From positions 1 through 34,009 of the forward strand of contig JBDRYB010000020.1 of the NCBI GenBank assembly GCA_039803205.1: a DNA stretch of 34,009 bases. Reading direction: 5' to 3'. Shown here in pieces: positions 17,898 to 26,611 of this stretch. Source of the DNA: a candidate division WOR-3 bacterium. GTDB taxonomy: Bacteria > Hydrothermota > Hydrothermia > JBDRYB01. The position numbers and the translations under genes were made by a program. The notes under the pieces were generated by a model. The model made no database searches and was not told the DNA's origin. It saw only the letters and a list, made by a program, of their open reading frames with translations. The first letter of the stretch is position 1, and every line of letters begins with the position of its first letter.

Positions 17898-18419
17898 ATG
17901 AACAGATTACTCATGGGACTGATAGGGCTCGTTCTTCTGAGTGGATGCCCCCCAAAGCCAAAGCCCCCGTCGGAGCCCGACAAAGGTGCCATAATCAGGG
18001 AGGCTGTGAGGGGTTACCTTAACGAGATGGGCCCTGATCTCAACCTGATGGAGATGGAGGATGTTAAGGCCCGAATGGCAGAATTGCTCATAATTGATGT
18101 GAGGTCACCCGATGACTTTGAGAAGATCAACATACCCGGCTCGCTCAACATCCCGCTGAAGAGCTTGGCGAGCGACGAGGCCCTTTCAATACTGAGGAGG
18201 AGCCAGAAGGATGTGGTTTTCGTCGGGGAGGCAGGTTCTGCGGCCGCGCAGGCAGTAGCCCTTGCCAGGTTGATGGACATTAAAAATGCATATGCCATGA
18301 CGGGCGGCTTGGATGATTGGCAGAGGATGAAATACCCTGTTCAAGGAACAGAGACTGCGGCTGGCCCTGGTGAACCTACGGGCAATACCCCGATAAAAAC
18401 CGGCAAGAGGGTAAAATAG
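17898..18419 (+). CDS. Rhodanese-domain lipoprotein lacking the catalytic Cys
   Basis: Lipobox LSG-C; IIDVRS..F..IPGSLNIP, MTGGLDDW; active-site loop VFVGEAGS; ends NTPIKTGKRVK. Confidence 0.85.
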   Translation: MNRLLMGLIGLVLLSGCPPKPKPPSEPDKGAIIREAVRGYLNEMGPDLNLMEMEDVKARMAELLIIDVRSPDDFEKINIPGSLNIPLKSLASDEALSILRRSQKDVVFVGEAGSAAAQAVALARLMDIKNAYAMTGGLDDWQRMKYPVQGTETAAGPGEPTGNTPIKTGKRVK

Positions 18420-18547
18420 CATCCTCCTCCGGAGAAGTAACCTCATAACAGAATCCAAACCTTTTCTATAGCTGATCTTCCATGGCCTCCATCGGATCCG
18501 GGATTTCGCGAGGTCCATCAAGGCGGTTAAAATTCACCGAACAGCAC

Positions 18548-18577
18548 TTGCAATTCATGTAGGAATTGGGTTATAAT
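18548..18577 (+). promoter_or_regulatory. Promoter TTGCAA-N18-TATAAT for the permease
   Basis: Hexamers at 18548-18553 and 18572-18577. Confidence 0.7.
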
Positions 18578-18583
18578 TTAACT

Positions 18584-19840
18584 ATCATAATAATAGGTAT
18601 TCTCCGAGAGATCGCCGAGCTCGCCGCTCGCATGGCTCCATATCTCGTTCTGGGTTTTGCGGTTGCTGGGGCTCTCAGGGTCATATTCCCTGTTTCCTTC
18701 GTGGTAAAGCACCTCGGGCGGCGAGGTTTTTCATCGGTTCTCAAGGCCGCGGCGCTCGGGGTTCCACTTCCCCTCTGTTCGTGCGGGGTAATAGGCCCTG
18801 CTGCGGCTCTAAGAGCCCAGGGCGCGTCCAGGGGCGCGGTTCTCTCCTTCTTGGTTTCAACCCCCACAACAGGCGTTGACTCCATACTCGCAACATACGG
18901 GTTGCTTGGCTTGCCCTTCACGATTTACAGGCTATTCGCCTCGTTTTTCCTTGGGCTCATATCCGGCGGCCTGGCAAACATCCAAAAAGATGGGGCTCTT
19001 GTTTCACCTGATTCAAAGCTTCCGCCTTGTTCGGTCTGCGGCCTGCCAGGGGTTCACAACCACGGATTTTGGGAGAGGTTCAAGGCAGGATTGGTCTATG
19101 CAACGCTTGATCTTCCGGGGGACATCGGCAGGTGGCTGATCCTCGGCCTGGTTGTAGCAGGCCTCATATCCTATATTGTTGATCCATCGTGGATCGCTGG
19201 ATTCGCTGGCAAGCCCTTTATCGCCTATCCTGTTATGGTAGCTGTTGCTGTGCCCCTTTATGTATGCGCGACGGGGTCAATCCCCATTGCCGCGGCCCTA
19301 ATGGCAAAGGGCGTCTCGCCCGGAGCGGCATTGGTGTTTCTGGTCGCAGGGCCAGCGACGAACGCGATAACAATCGGAATAGTTGCAAAATTGCTAGGCA
19401 AAAGAAGTCTTTTTATTTATTTGTTAACGATAATTGCCGGCTCGATCCTCCTCGGCTTGGCCATGGATTGGATGAACACAGAGCCTTTGGTTCCCATTCG
19501 CTTTCATCACATTCACGAGGCCTCCCACATCCGATGGTGGGAGTGGGTTTTCGGGGCCGTTTTGAGCCTCCTTCTGCTCTACGCGTTGGTAATCAAACCC
19601 GTCTTCAAGTGGCTTTCCGCTATGGCGACAAAACCCGACATGGTTTTCAGGGTCCCGGATATGACCTGCGAGCACTGCGTTAGCGCTATTGAATCTCGCG
19701 TTTCAAAGGTTGACGGGGTCAAAGGGGTATGGGTCTCTCTTGACAAAAAGACGGTTTCGGTCAAAGGAGGGGACAAAATTGAGGTAGAGAAAGCGATCCG
19801 AAGCGCTGGATACAGCGTTGAAAACCCAGATCTCGGCTGA
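18584..19840 (+). CDS. SO_0444/ArsP(DUF318)-family metal permease fused to a C-terminal HMA domain; start uncertain
   Basis: GVPLPLCSCGV, STPTTGVDS, PLYVCATGSIP, AGPATN; His-rich loop; HMA motif DMTCEHC. Confidence 0.88.
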   Translation: MIIIGILREIAELAARMAPYLVLGFAVAGALRVIFPVSFVVKHLGRRGFSSVLKAAALGVPLPLCSCGVIGPAAALRAQGASRGAVLSFLVSTPTTGVDSILATYGLLGLPFTIYRLFASFFLGLISGGLANIQKDGALVSPDSKLPPCSVCGLPGVHNHGFWERFKAGLVYATLDLPGDIGRWLILGLVVAGLISYIVDPSWIAGFAGKPFIAYPVMVAVAVPLYVCATGSIPIAAALMAKGVSPGAALVFLVAGPATNAITIGIVAKLLGKRSLFIYLLTIIAGSILLGLAMDWMNTEPLVPIRFHHIHEASHIRWWEWVFGAVLSLLLLYALVIKPVFKWLSAMATKPDMVFRVPDMTCEHCVSAIESRVSKVDGVKGVWVSLDKKTVSVKGGDKIEVEKAIRSAGYSVENPDLG

Positions 19841-19896
19841 TAATTCTGTTGAGCTTGAAACTCATTAGCAATTAGCTTTATGATTTCATACCTCTA

Positions 19897-20217
19897 AATG
19901 TCGCAAGGCTATACGGGATGATCCAGGCCGGAGAGTCCACCACCGCGACCGTAAGGGCAGTGTTCTTCATAGATCCGGAGGGTAAGCTGAGAGCCATGCT
20001 CTACTACCCCATGAGCAACGGCCGGAACATGCAAGAGATCCTCAGATTGCTTGAGGCGCTTCAGACATCAGACGAACACAAGGTCGCTACGCCGGCCAAC
20101 TGGAAGCCAGGCGAACCAGTTATCGTCCCACCGCCAACAACTGACCAGGCCGCTGATAAAAGGCCTGGGGAGGGTTACGATTGCAGGGACTGGTATCTCT
20201 GTTTCAAGAAGATCTAG
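19897..20217 (+). pseudogene. 5'-truncated peroxiredoxin (Prx6/AhpC-like C-terminal half)
   Basis: VARLYGMI..TVRAVFFIDPEG..YYPMSNGRN..ALQ..VATPANW..CRDWYLC; in-frame TAG at 19873; the N-terminal half with the peroxidatic Cys is absent. Confidence 0.8.
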
Positions 20218-20228
20218 ACCCCCTTCGT

Positions 20229-21854
20229 CTACCTTATCCCCACTATCTCGTTGTTCTCGTCCAGCCTTATCTCCAGAGCGGCTGGCTCCTTTGGAAGCCC
20301 TGGCATTAGCATCATGTCTCCCAGGACCGCAACTATGAACCTCGCGCCGGCCGCGGGATAGATGTCCCTAACCGGGATCGTAAATCCCCTGGGAGCACCG
20401 AGGAGGGTTGGATCGTGCGAGAAGCTATACTGGGTCTTTGCCATGCAAACCGGCCAGTCATCCATTCCCCATTCCTTGATGCGCTTTATGTTCGTTTTTG
20501 CCTTCTCTATGAGCTCAATCCCGTCCGCACGGTATATCTCCTTCGCGATGATCTCCATCTTCTTTTCGGTGGGGAGCTTGTGGTCGTAAAGGAAACGGAA
20601 GTTGTTCTGGCCACTTGTTGCCTCTAGAACTGCCTCTGCCAAAGCTATTCCCCCCTCGCCTCCCTTTGTGAATATCTCCGAAAGGACAACAGGAACCCCT
20701 GTCTGCTTCCCCGCCTCTAGGAGCAGGTCTATCTCCTTCTGTGAGTCCGTTGGGAATGCGTTCACCGCGACAACAACCCCCACCCCGAACTTCTTCATGT
20801 TTTCAACATGCTGAATCAGGTTTGGCACGCCCTTTTCCAGAGCAGTTAAGTCCTCCTGGATCAGGTCCTTGAGAGGTTTGCCTCCGTGATACTTCAATGC
20901 CCTGATTGAAGCCACGATCACGACAGCATCCGGCTTAAAGTTACCGTAGTAGGCCTTTATGTCCATGAACTTCTCAGCTCCGAGGTCAGCTCCAAAGCCC
21001 CCCTCGGTTATCACGATGTCAGCGAGCTTCAGCGCCATCTTCGTCCCGATTATGGAAGAGTTTCCGTGGGCTATGTTCGCGAACGGCCCCGTATGCATTA
21101 TCGCGGGGGTTTCCTCTGTTGTCTGAACGAGATTTGGCATGAGCGCGTCCCTGAGAACAGCGGCCATGGCCTCGTGGGCCCCGAGGTCGCGCGCGAAAAC
21201 TGGTCCGCCATCAGTGTTCATTGCCACAACGATGTTTCCAAGGCGCTCCTTTAGGTTCTCTATGCTCGTGGAGAGGCCCACTATGGCCATTATCTCGGAA
21301 GCCGCGGTTATGTAGAATGTGCTCTCGCGTGGGAAGCCCTCTCCGCCCAGGCCGATGACGATGTTCCTCAGGGAGCGGTCGTTCATGTCCAAGGCCCTCG
21401 GCCAGAATATCCTACGGGGGTTTATCTTCAGCTTATTGCCCCAGTAAAGGGAATTGTCCAAGAGCGCGGCGAGGAGGTTGTGGGCCGTCGTTATCGCGTG
21501 GAAATCGCCGGTGAAGTGAAGGTTTATGTCCGCCTCAGGTAGGACCCGGGACTTGCCCCCTCCGGTTGCGCCTCCCTTTATTCCGAAAACAGGACCAAGG
21601 GATGGCTCCCTTAGGGTGACCATGTTCTTTATTCCCATCCTCCAGAGGGCCTGGGTGAGGCCTATGGCGTTGGTGGTTTTGCCTTCTCCTGCTGGCGTTG
21701 GCGTTATCGCTGTCACGAGAACCAGCTTTCCATCGGGTTTATCAGCGAGCTTGTCCAGGAGGGATAGGCGGATTTTCGCCTTGTAATTCCCGTAATACTC
21801 CAAAAACTCCTCTGTTATGCCTATCTTAGCGGCTATGTCCCTTATGTGTTCCAT
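20229..21854 (-). CDS. fhs: Formate--tetrahydrofolate ligase
   Basis: TPAGEGKTT, GIKGGATGGG, INLHFTGD, GPFANIAHG, EGGFGADLG, AKTQYS, MPGLP. True start is ATG 21854; the ORF-track extension runs into the tRNA. Confidence 0.97.
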   Translation of the reverse strand: MEHIRDIAAKIGITEEFLEYYGNYKAKIRLSLLDKLADKPDGKLVLVTAITPTPAGEGKTTNAIGLTQALWRMGIKNMVTLREPSLGPVFGIKGGATGGGKSRVLPEADINLHFTGDFHAITTAHNLLAALLDNSLYWGNKLKINPRRIFWPRALDMNDRSLRNIVIGLGGEGFPRESTFYITAASEIMAIVGLSTSIENLKERLGNIVVAMNTDGGPVFARDLGAHEAMAAVLRDALMPNLVQTTEETPAIMHTGPFANIAHGNSSIIGTKMALKLADIVITEGGFGADLGAEKFMDIKAYYGNFKPDAVVIVASIRALKYHGGKPLKDLIQEDLTALEKGVPNLIQHVENMKKFGVGVVVAVNAFPTDSQKEIDLLLEAGKQTGVPVVLSEIFTKGGEGGIALAEAVLEATSGQNNFRFLYDHKLPTEKKMEIIAKEIYRADGIELIEKAKTNIKRIKEWGMDDWPVCMAKTQYSFSHDPTLLGAPRGFTIPVRDIYPAAGARFIVAVLGDMMLMPGLPKEPAALEIRLDENNEIVGIR

Positions 21855-21873
21855 GTGCCTGTCTCCGGCGGAA

Positions 21874-21946
21874 TGGAGCTGACGGGATTTGAACCCGTGA
21901 CCCCTGGCTTGCAAAGCCAGTGCTCTCCCTATTGAGCTACAGCCCC
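21874..21946 (-). tRNA. tRNA-Ala (TGC); CCA not encoded
   Basis: Reverse complement GGGGCTG-TAGCTCAATAGGGAGAGC-A-CTGGC-TTTGCAA-GCCAG-GGGTC-ACGGG-TTCAAAT-CCCGT-CAGCTCC-A, with the G3:U70 identity pair. Confidence 0.97.
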
Positions 21947-22259
21947 AGGCCCAAATTATAAAGTAAAAGGCGATCCGGGTTCACTATTAACCGTTGGCTA
22001 GGTTGGGGATAAGGGTAAAGGCCCACATGGGCAATCCGGCACGATCCCTATCCAGTGGTGAACCTCTAGCCCACGCAGTTCCCCTCAGGCCTTATTACGC
22101 ACGCGTTTTTTATCCTGTTCGCTATCATGGATAATTGGCCGGATAAGGTGTGCACGATAGGATCCACGGGATCACGAACTCTCGGGGCCAAGCGGCGGTA
22201 AATGAACTTTTTATGTTAACCAAAATCCTGCTATAAAGGATACTATTCTCAGATTAGTT

Positions 22260-23771
22260 TTATCTAACCACAACCCTACCCTTGTATGGGTTGGAGGCAG
22301 AGGAGCCCCTCCCCGCAACCCAGAGATAAACCCCTCTTCTGAGGCTCAGATTGTTTTCCCCCTTTTCAAGTTTCCCCAAATAAACGAGCCGGCCATCAGA
22401 CGAGTATATCCTTATGTCCGTGGATACACGCGACAAGAACATCACCCCTCCCCGGATCACAACGGGGATCACCATTGCATTATCGTTATCAGATGCCTCC
22501 TCAACCTCCGGGGGACAAATATCCTCCCACTCCGGGGATTGGGGATTTGTCCTTGGTTCCGCGTCCCATTGCCAAGGAAAATATGCGCTGACAGCATCCG
22601 GAACCGTGTTAACTGCGGGTGTGATGTCTACCTGGATGAGGGGATACTCTGAGAGGCAACCAGGATAGTTGCCATCCAGAGGGAGCCTGAGCGCGAACAT
22701 GTCGCTGAGCCCCGCGCCAACCGAGGCTGTTGAACCAGCAACGAGCAAATCTCCCTCGGCTGTTAGGATGCCCATTCCCAGGGTATCTGGCTCAGGCCCC
22801 CCAAAGCTCTTTGCCCAAATGAGGTCACCACTTTCGGAGACCCTCATCATGAGCACATCCAGAGTGCTCGTTTCCCCGGATATCAGGTAGCCTCCATCCG
22901 GGGACTTTGTTATGGACAGCCCCCTCTCAGACCCAACCCCCTCGTATCTTCTTGCCCAGGTAAGTCCCCCTGCGGAGTCAATCTTCAAAACCAGTATATC
23001 GGATCTCAGGGCACCGAGTCCCCATGTCTCACCGATGACCACAAAGCCCCCATCCTGCGCCCGCGCGATTCCGAAGCCAGCATCGTGCTCAGGGCTTCCG
23101 TATGTTCTGACCCAATTCAATGCTCCGCCCTCCGAGAAGCTGGCAACCAGGACATCCGAGTATCCCTCCCCCCAGCTCATAGTCCACCCGACAACCACCA
23201 GCTCACCCTCATCCGTCTCGGCTATGCCCTCTGCAAAATCAGGTCCCGTGCCCGCGAGCTTCACTCCCCATTGCCTGGAACCCGCGGCTGATAGCTTTAG
23301 AAGGGTGAGGTCAAAACCCTGTTCCCCCATGTATTCCCCTCCAGCCAGGATGAGGCCGGCGTCGGAACACGCTACTGCCGTTGAAACTACCTCGGATGTA
23401 GCAAGGCCGAGCCGCTTTGCCCATTCAAGCTCCCCGGAAACGCTGAGCTTCGCCGCGAGGACATCCCATTCATCAGCCCCAAAGCTCCCTGTGTATCCGG
23501 CCACGAAAAAACCTCCGTCCGGAGCAAGAACCAGTTCCCCCAACCGATCTGGGCCGCTTCCTCCCAGGGTCTTCGCCCACTCAATTATACCAGAAGGGGA
23601 GATCTTTACCAGGAGCATATCAATCCAGGCCGATCCAAAGCCCCATGTTGACCCTCCCACGAGAAATCCCCCATCAGGCGTCTGGATCACCGAGTTTGCC
23701 CAATCCTCATCAGGGCCTCCGTAGGCCCTGGCGAAAAGAGGCTGACATATTACCAGCAGAATAAGGGCCAT
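22260..23771 (-). CDS. Secreted repeat beta-propeller protein with short T9SS-like C-terminal domain
   Basis: About seven repeats of YGG..D......DGG....G.T...G....D....K....G...W; tail IRIYSSDGRLV..RGVYLW..GRVVVR. Confidence 0.85.
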   Translation of the reverse strand: MALILLVICQPLFARAYGGPDEDWANSVIQTPDGGFLVGGSTWGFGSAWIDMLLVKISPSGIIEWAKTLGGSGPDRLGELVLAPDGGFFVAGYTGSFGADEWDVLAAKLSVSGELEWAKRLGLATSEVVSTAVACSDAGLILAGGEYMGEQGFDLTLLKLSAAGSRQWGVKLAGTGPDFAEGIAETDEGELVVVGWTMSWGEGYSDVLVASFSEGGALNWVRTYGSPEHDAGFGIARAQDGGFVVIGETWGLGALRSDILVLKIDSAGGLTWARRYEGVGSERGLSITKSPDGGYLISGETSTLDVLMMRVSESGDLIWAKSFGGPEPDTLGMGILTAEGDLLVAGSTASVGAGLSDMFALRLPLDGNYPGCLSEYPLIQVDITPAVNTVPDAVSAYFPWQWDAEPRTNPQSPEWEDICPPEVEEASDNDNAMVIPVVIRGGVMFLSRVSTDIRIYSSDGRLVYLGKLEKGENNLSLRRGVYLWVAGRGSSASNPYKGRVVVR

Positions 23772-23953
23772 CTTACTTTTTCCGGCTATAGCACCACCTT
23801 CGTCGTTTCGTGTCCCTTAAATTATACCTCATAAAGTTCCCCGACAACTACTAGCTCATACCGGTCCGAAGCCGTTCATCAAATCGCAGGTGCTTTTCTG
23901 GGAAGGAAAGAAGTCTGTGGAACAACTTTCCCTTCCAAAAAGTCTATTAGAGC

Positions 23954-25159
23954 ATGAAACTTGGTTGCCTAAAAGACCACGCCCTCCCCACGAGGGTATT
24001 TTTAACTGCTTTGCTCGGTATCCTGCTCCCCGGCCTTCTGGAGGCAAAAGTCCTTTCCGGCGCTGTTGCAGTCGTTCCCTCGCCAGGAAAAGAGGACCCT
24101 GAACTGGGCTGGAGGCTCGTTGACATGGTGACATCCCTCCTCGGCGAGACGAAGAGGCTAACCGTGGTTGAGAGGGCCAGGCTTGAGGAGGTCCTGAAGG
24201 AGCAGGAGCTTTGGGCCGCTGGCGCTGTCACGGATTCCCAGGCAGTTCAGCTCGGCCGGCTCCTCGGCGCGACATACACATGCGTCATCTCCGTTGAGGA
24301 ATACACCAGAGACCCCACGACATCCTTATCAGTTACCCTCAGGTTCGTTGATGTCCAATCAGGCGCTGTGGTTGAGGTGATAAAAGGCTCAGGCACGGGC
24401 TCCAATCTGTCTATTGCAATAGGGGATCTCAGAGGGGATCTCAGAGAGCACCTACTCCAGTCCTTTCGCTCTGAGGCATTGGTTGACGAGGTTGAAGAGG
24501 GAGGGAGATACTGCGTTTTGACAGTTGGCAGGGAGCGTGGTGCTGTGAGGGGGGCTTTCTACAAGGCCTTGAGTCCTGGCAGGATAAAAAGGGATAAGGG
24601 GCTTCTGGTCGTTGAGGAGGTCTTCCCTGAATACTCTGTCGCGAGGATAGTAAGAGGGGAGGTCTCGGTCGGGGACAGCGTGCTTGAGACCCATAGCCCA
24701 CGCTCTTGGGACATATCAGCGTTTTATGTCTACATGCCCATGGATACCTTTGGAGGCAAGGGGCTTGGCGCCCGTCTTCTCTTTGACAGGGACTGCAACT
24801 TCTTTGGCCCGGATGTCCGGGCCTTTGCTTTTGGTTGGCCTGAGGCTGAGGCAATGGGCATATCCTTGGGTGCCTTCAAGGGCCTTGCCATGAGCGAAAA
24901 GTCAGCGGTCTACGCGACCGCGAGCGTTCCTTTGGCATTTGCGGCTCAATTCAAAGAGGGATACTACTATTCCAACACCCTTTACGGGTTTGAGGGCTCT
25001 TTTGGCTTTGATCTCTGGATGGGAAACCTCTATTCCTTCACTGAGATAGCTGGGCTTTACATGACCCCGTTCTCAAAATGGGGGGCCTCTGGATTGCCCA
25101 TGGGCAACATGGACATATTGACCATCAGCCTTAGGGCTGGTTTTGGGGTGAGATTCTGA
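23954..25159 (+). CDS. CsgG/HfaB-like domain + FlgT-C-like domain + putative C-terminal outer-membrane beta-barrel (start may be TTG 24011)
   Basis: VVERARLEEVLKEQEL..G.V....AVQLGRLLGA; VGRERG..G..V....PEYSVARI...VSVGD; alternating strands ending AGFGVRF. Confidence 0.75.
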   Translation: MKLGCLKDHALPTRVFLTALLGILLPGLLEAKVLSGAVAVVPSPGKEDPELGWRLVDMVTSLLGETKRLTVVERARLEEVLKEQELWAAGAVTDSQAVQLGRLLGATYTCVISVEEYTRDPTTSLSVTLRFVDVQSGAVVEVIKGSGTGSNLSIAIGDLRGDLREHLLQSFRSEALVDEVEEGGRYCVLTVGRERGAVRGAFYKALSPGRIKRDKGLLVVEEVFPEYSVARIVRGEVSVGDSVLETHSPRSWDISAFYVYMPMDTFGGKGLGARLLFDRDCNFFGPDVRAFAFGWPEAEAMGISLGAFKGLAMSEKSAVYATASVPLAFAAQFKEGYYYSNTLYGFEGSFGFDLWMGNLYSFTEIAGLYMTPFSKWGASGLPMGNMDILTISLRAGFGVRF

Positions 25160-25187
25160 TGAAAACCGATAATCCGATGGAGGAACC

Positions 25188-26495
25188 ATGCTGAGCGCGC
25201 TCCTGGCTCTGAGCGTCAACATCTCCGATACCATTCCCGGCTCTGCTGAGGACAATACAAAGGCCAAAGCCCTCTCCAAGGTGAAATGGATAGCGGATGA
25301 GACCGGGAGAATAAGCCCCTCCGAGCACCTCGCTCAGAGCATATTGGCTTTCACCCTGGATGCGGACTCTTTCAGGAACATCTACGATAAAGCCTCCTTG
25401 GAATACATGAAGGAAGAACCGATTTCATGCTTGTTTGAGACATTCTGGAGCGCTATGGTTGAAGACACCTCCAAGGATAAGAAAGAGAAGGACACCACAT
25501 ACACCTATGCGTATACATCCGAGTTCAGGCTTATAAGGGTGGAGACAGGGGAGATCCTCGGCGGGTTCAGGGCTGAGGGAACCGGGTTTGGGGATAGCTA
25601 CTCAGCGGCCAGGTCCATGGCGTGGGCTGAGTGGGAGCAGGATGTTGAGCTGGGCTTTCGGGAGATGTTCCGTGTCCAGGGCAGGATAACCCAGTTAACC
25701 GGGTTTTGGTGGAACAAGAAGGCGAGGCTGGACATAGGAAAGAATCAAGGGGTTGAGGAGGGGCACATATATTCTGTCTGGAAAGCGTATGAAGGGGGCG
25801 CCAAAAGAAGGGTTGGTCTTCTTGAGATAACCGAGACGCATCCGGCCTGGTCAAAGGGGAAGGTGCTTCACGGAACATACGAGGTATCCGAGGGGGATCT
25901 GCTATACGAGGAAACAAGGCCCCGTCTCTGGCAAGGGGTTGTTAGGGTTTCCCCCCTATCTGGTTATGCTTATGACAGGACCAGGCTCGTTGCTCCAGCA
26001 AAGGACATATACCTTGGAGTGAGGCCCTCGGTGGCATACAAGCCCCTCGCGCCTGAGTTCGGTCTAGAATTCACCAGACACGGCTCAGCTTGGGGGCTTG
26101 AGAACTGGATAATGGGGGTCGGAAGGGCTGACCTCATTCCAGAATACATGGGATTTCTCGGGGACCTTGGGTTCGGGCTTTTCTGGCACCACCAACCGAT
26201 ATCAAAAGAGGTTATACTTGAAGGGAACCCATCAGGGGCCGAGACATTCGGGCTTGGAATCAGGGCGGATGCTGGGATCCGGCTCGTTTTCGGGGAGGAC
26301 TTTTCTGTTTTTGGAACACTGGGCTGGAGAGGGGGAATTCAAACCCCGTGGGCCTATTACTATAAGCCTGACTCCACTGATCAGTCCAACGAATCCCAGC
26401 GCGGCTGGAGGAGCGTGCCGCCAGAATATCTTGAGGATGGGGATTTGAGGATATTCGGGCCGGTAATAAGCCTGGGTTTCGCCTTCAAGATATAG
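25188..26495 (+). CDS. Paralogous FlgT-like + putative beta-barrel outer-membrane protein
   Basis: GGAGG SD; signal peptide; FRLIRVETGEIL; LDIGKNQGVEEG..VGLLEITE..SKGKV..GDLL; ends ISLGFAFKI. Confidence 0.72.
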   Translation: MLSALLALSVNISDTIPGSAEDNTKAKALSKVKWIADETGRISPSEHLAQSILAFTLDADSFRNIYDKASLEYMKEEPISCLFETFWSAMVEDTSKDKKEKDTTYTYAYTSEFRLIRVETGEILGGFRAEGTGFGDSYSAARSMAWAEWEQDVELGFREMFRVQGRITQLTGFWWNKKARLDIGKNQGVEEGHIYSVWKAYEGGAKRRVGLLEITETHPAWSKGKVLHGTYEVSEGDLLYEETRPRLWQGVVRVSPLSGYAYDRTRLVAPAKDIYLGVRPSVAYKPLAPEFGLEFTRHGSAWGLENWIMGVGRADLIPEYMGFLGDLGFGLFWHHQPISKEVILEGNPSGAETFGLGIRADAGIRLVFGEDFSVFGTLGWRGGIQTPWAYYYKPDSTDQSNESQRGWRSVPPEYLEDGDLRIFGPVISLGFAFKI

Positions 26496-26611
26496 CTAAT
26501 TTTTGCAAAATCAGAACCCGGCCTTATTCAGTTATTGAAGCACGAGTTACCCTTGAAATGGAATGCTATTTTTCCATTCAGATGTTCAATGGTTAACATA
26601 AGAAAAATGTT

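Noticed and set aside
18205..18245. Selenocysteine at the rhodanese active site
   Set aside because: There is no in-frame TGA; the codon is Gly here and Ser in the paralog.
21855..21914. N-terminal extension of fhs
   Set aside because: It is read-through of the tRNA-Ala gene.
21847..22258. ZTP or THF riboswitch upstream of fhs
   Set aside because: No consensus match recognised, and the tRNA directly precedes fhs.
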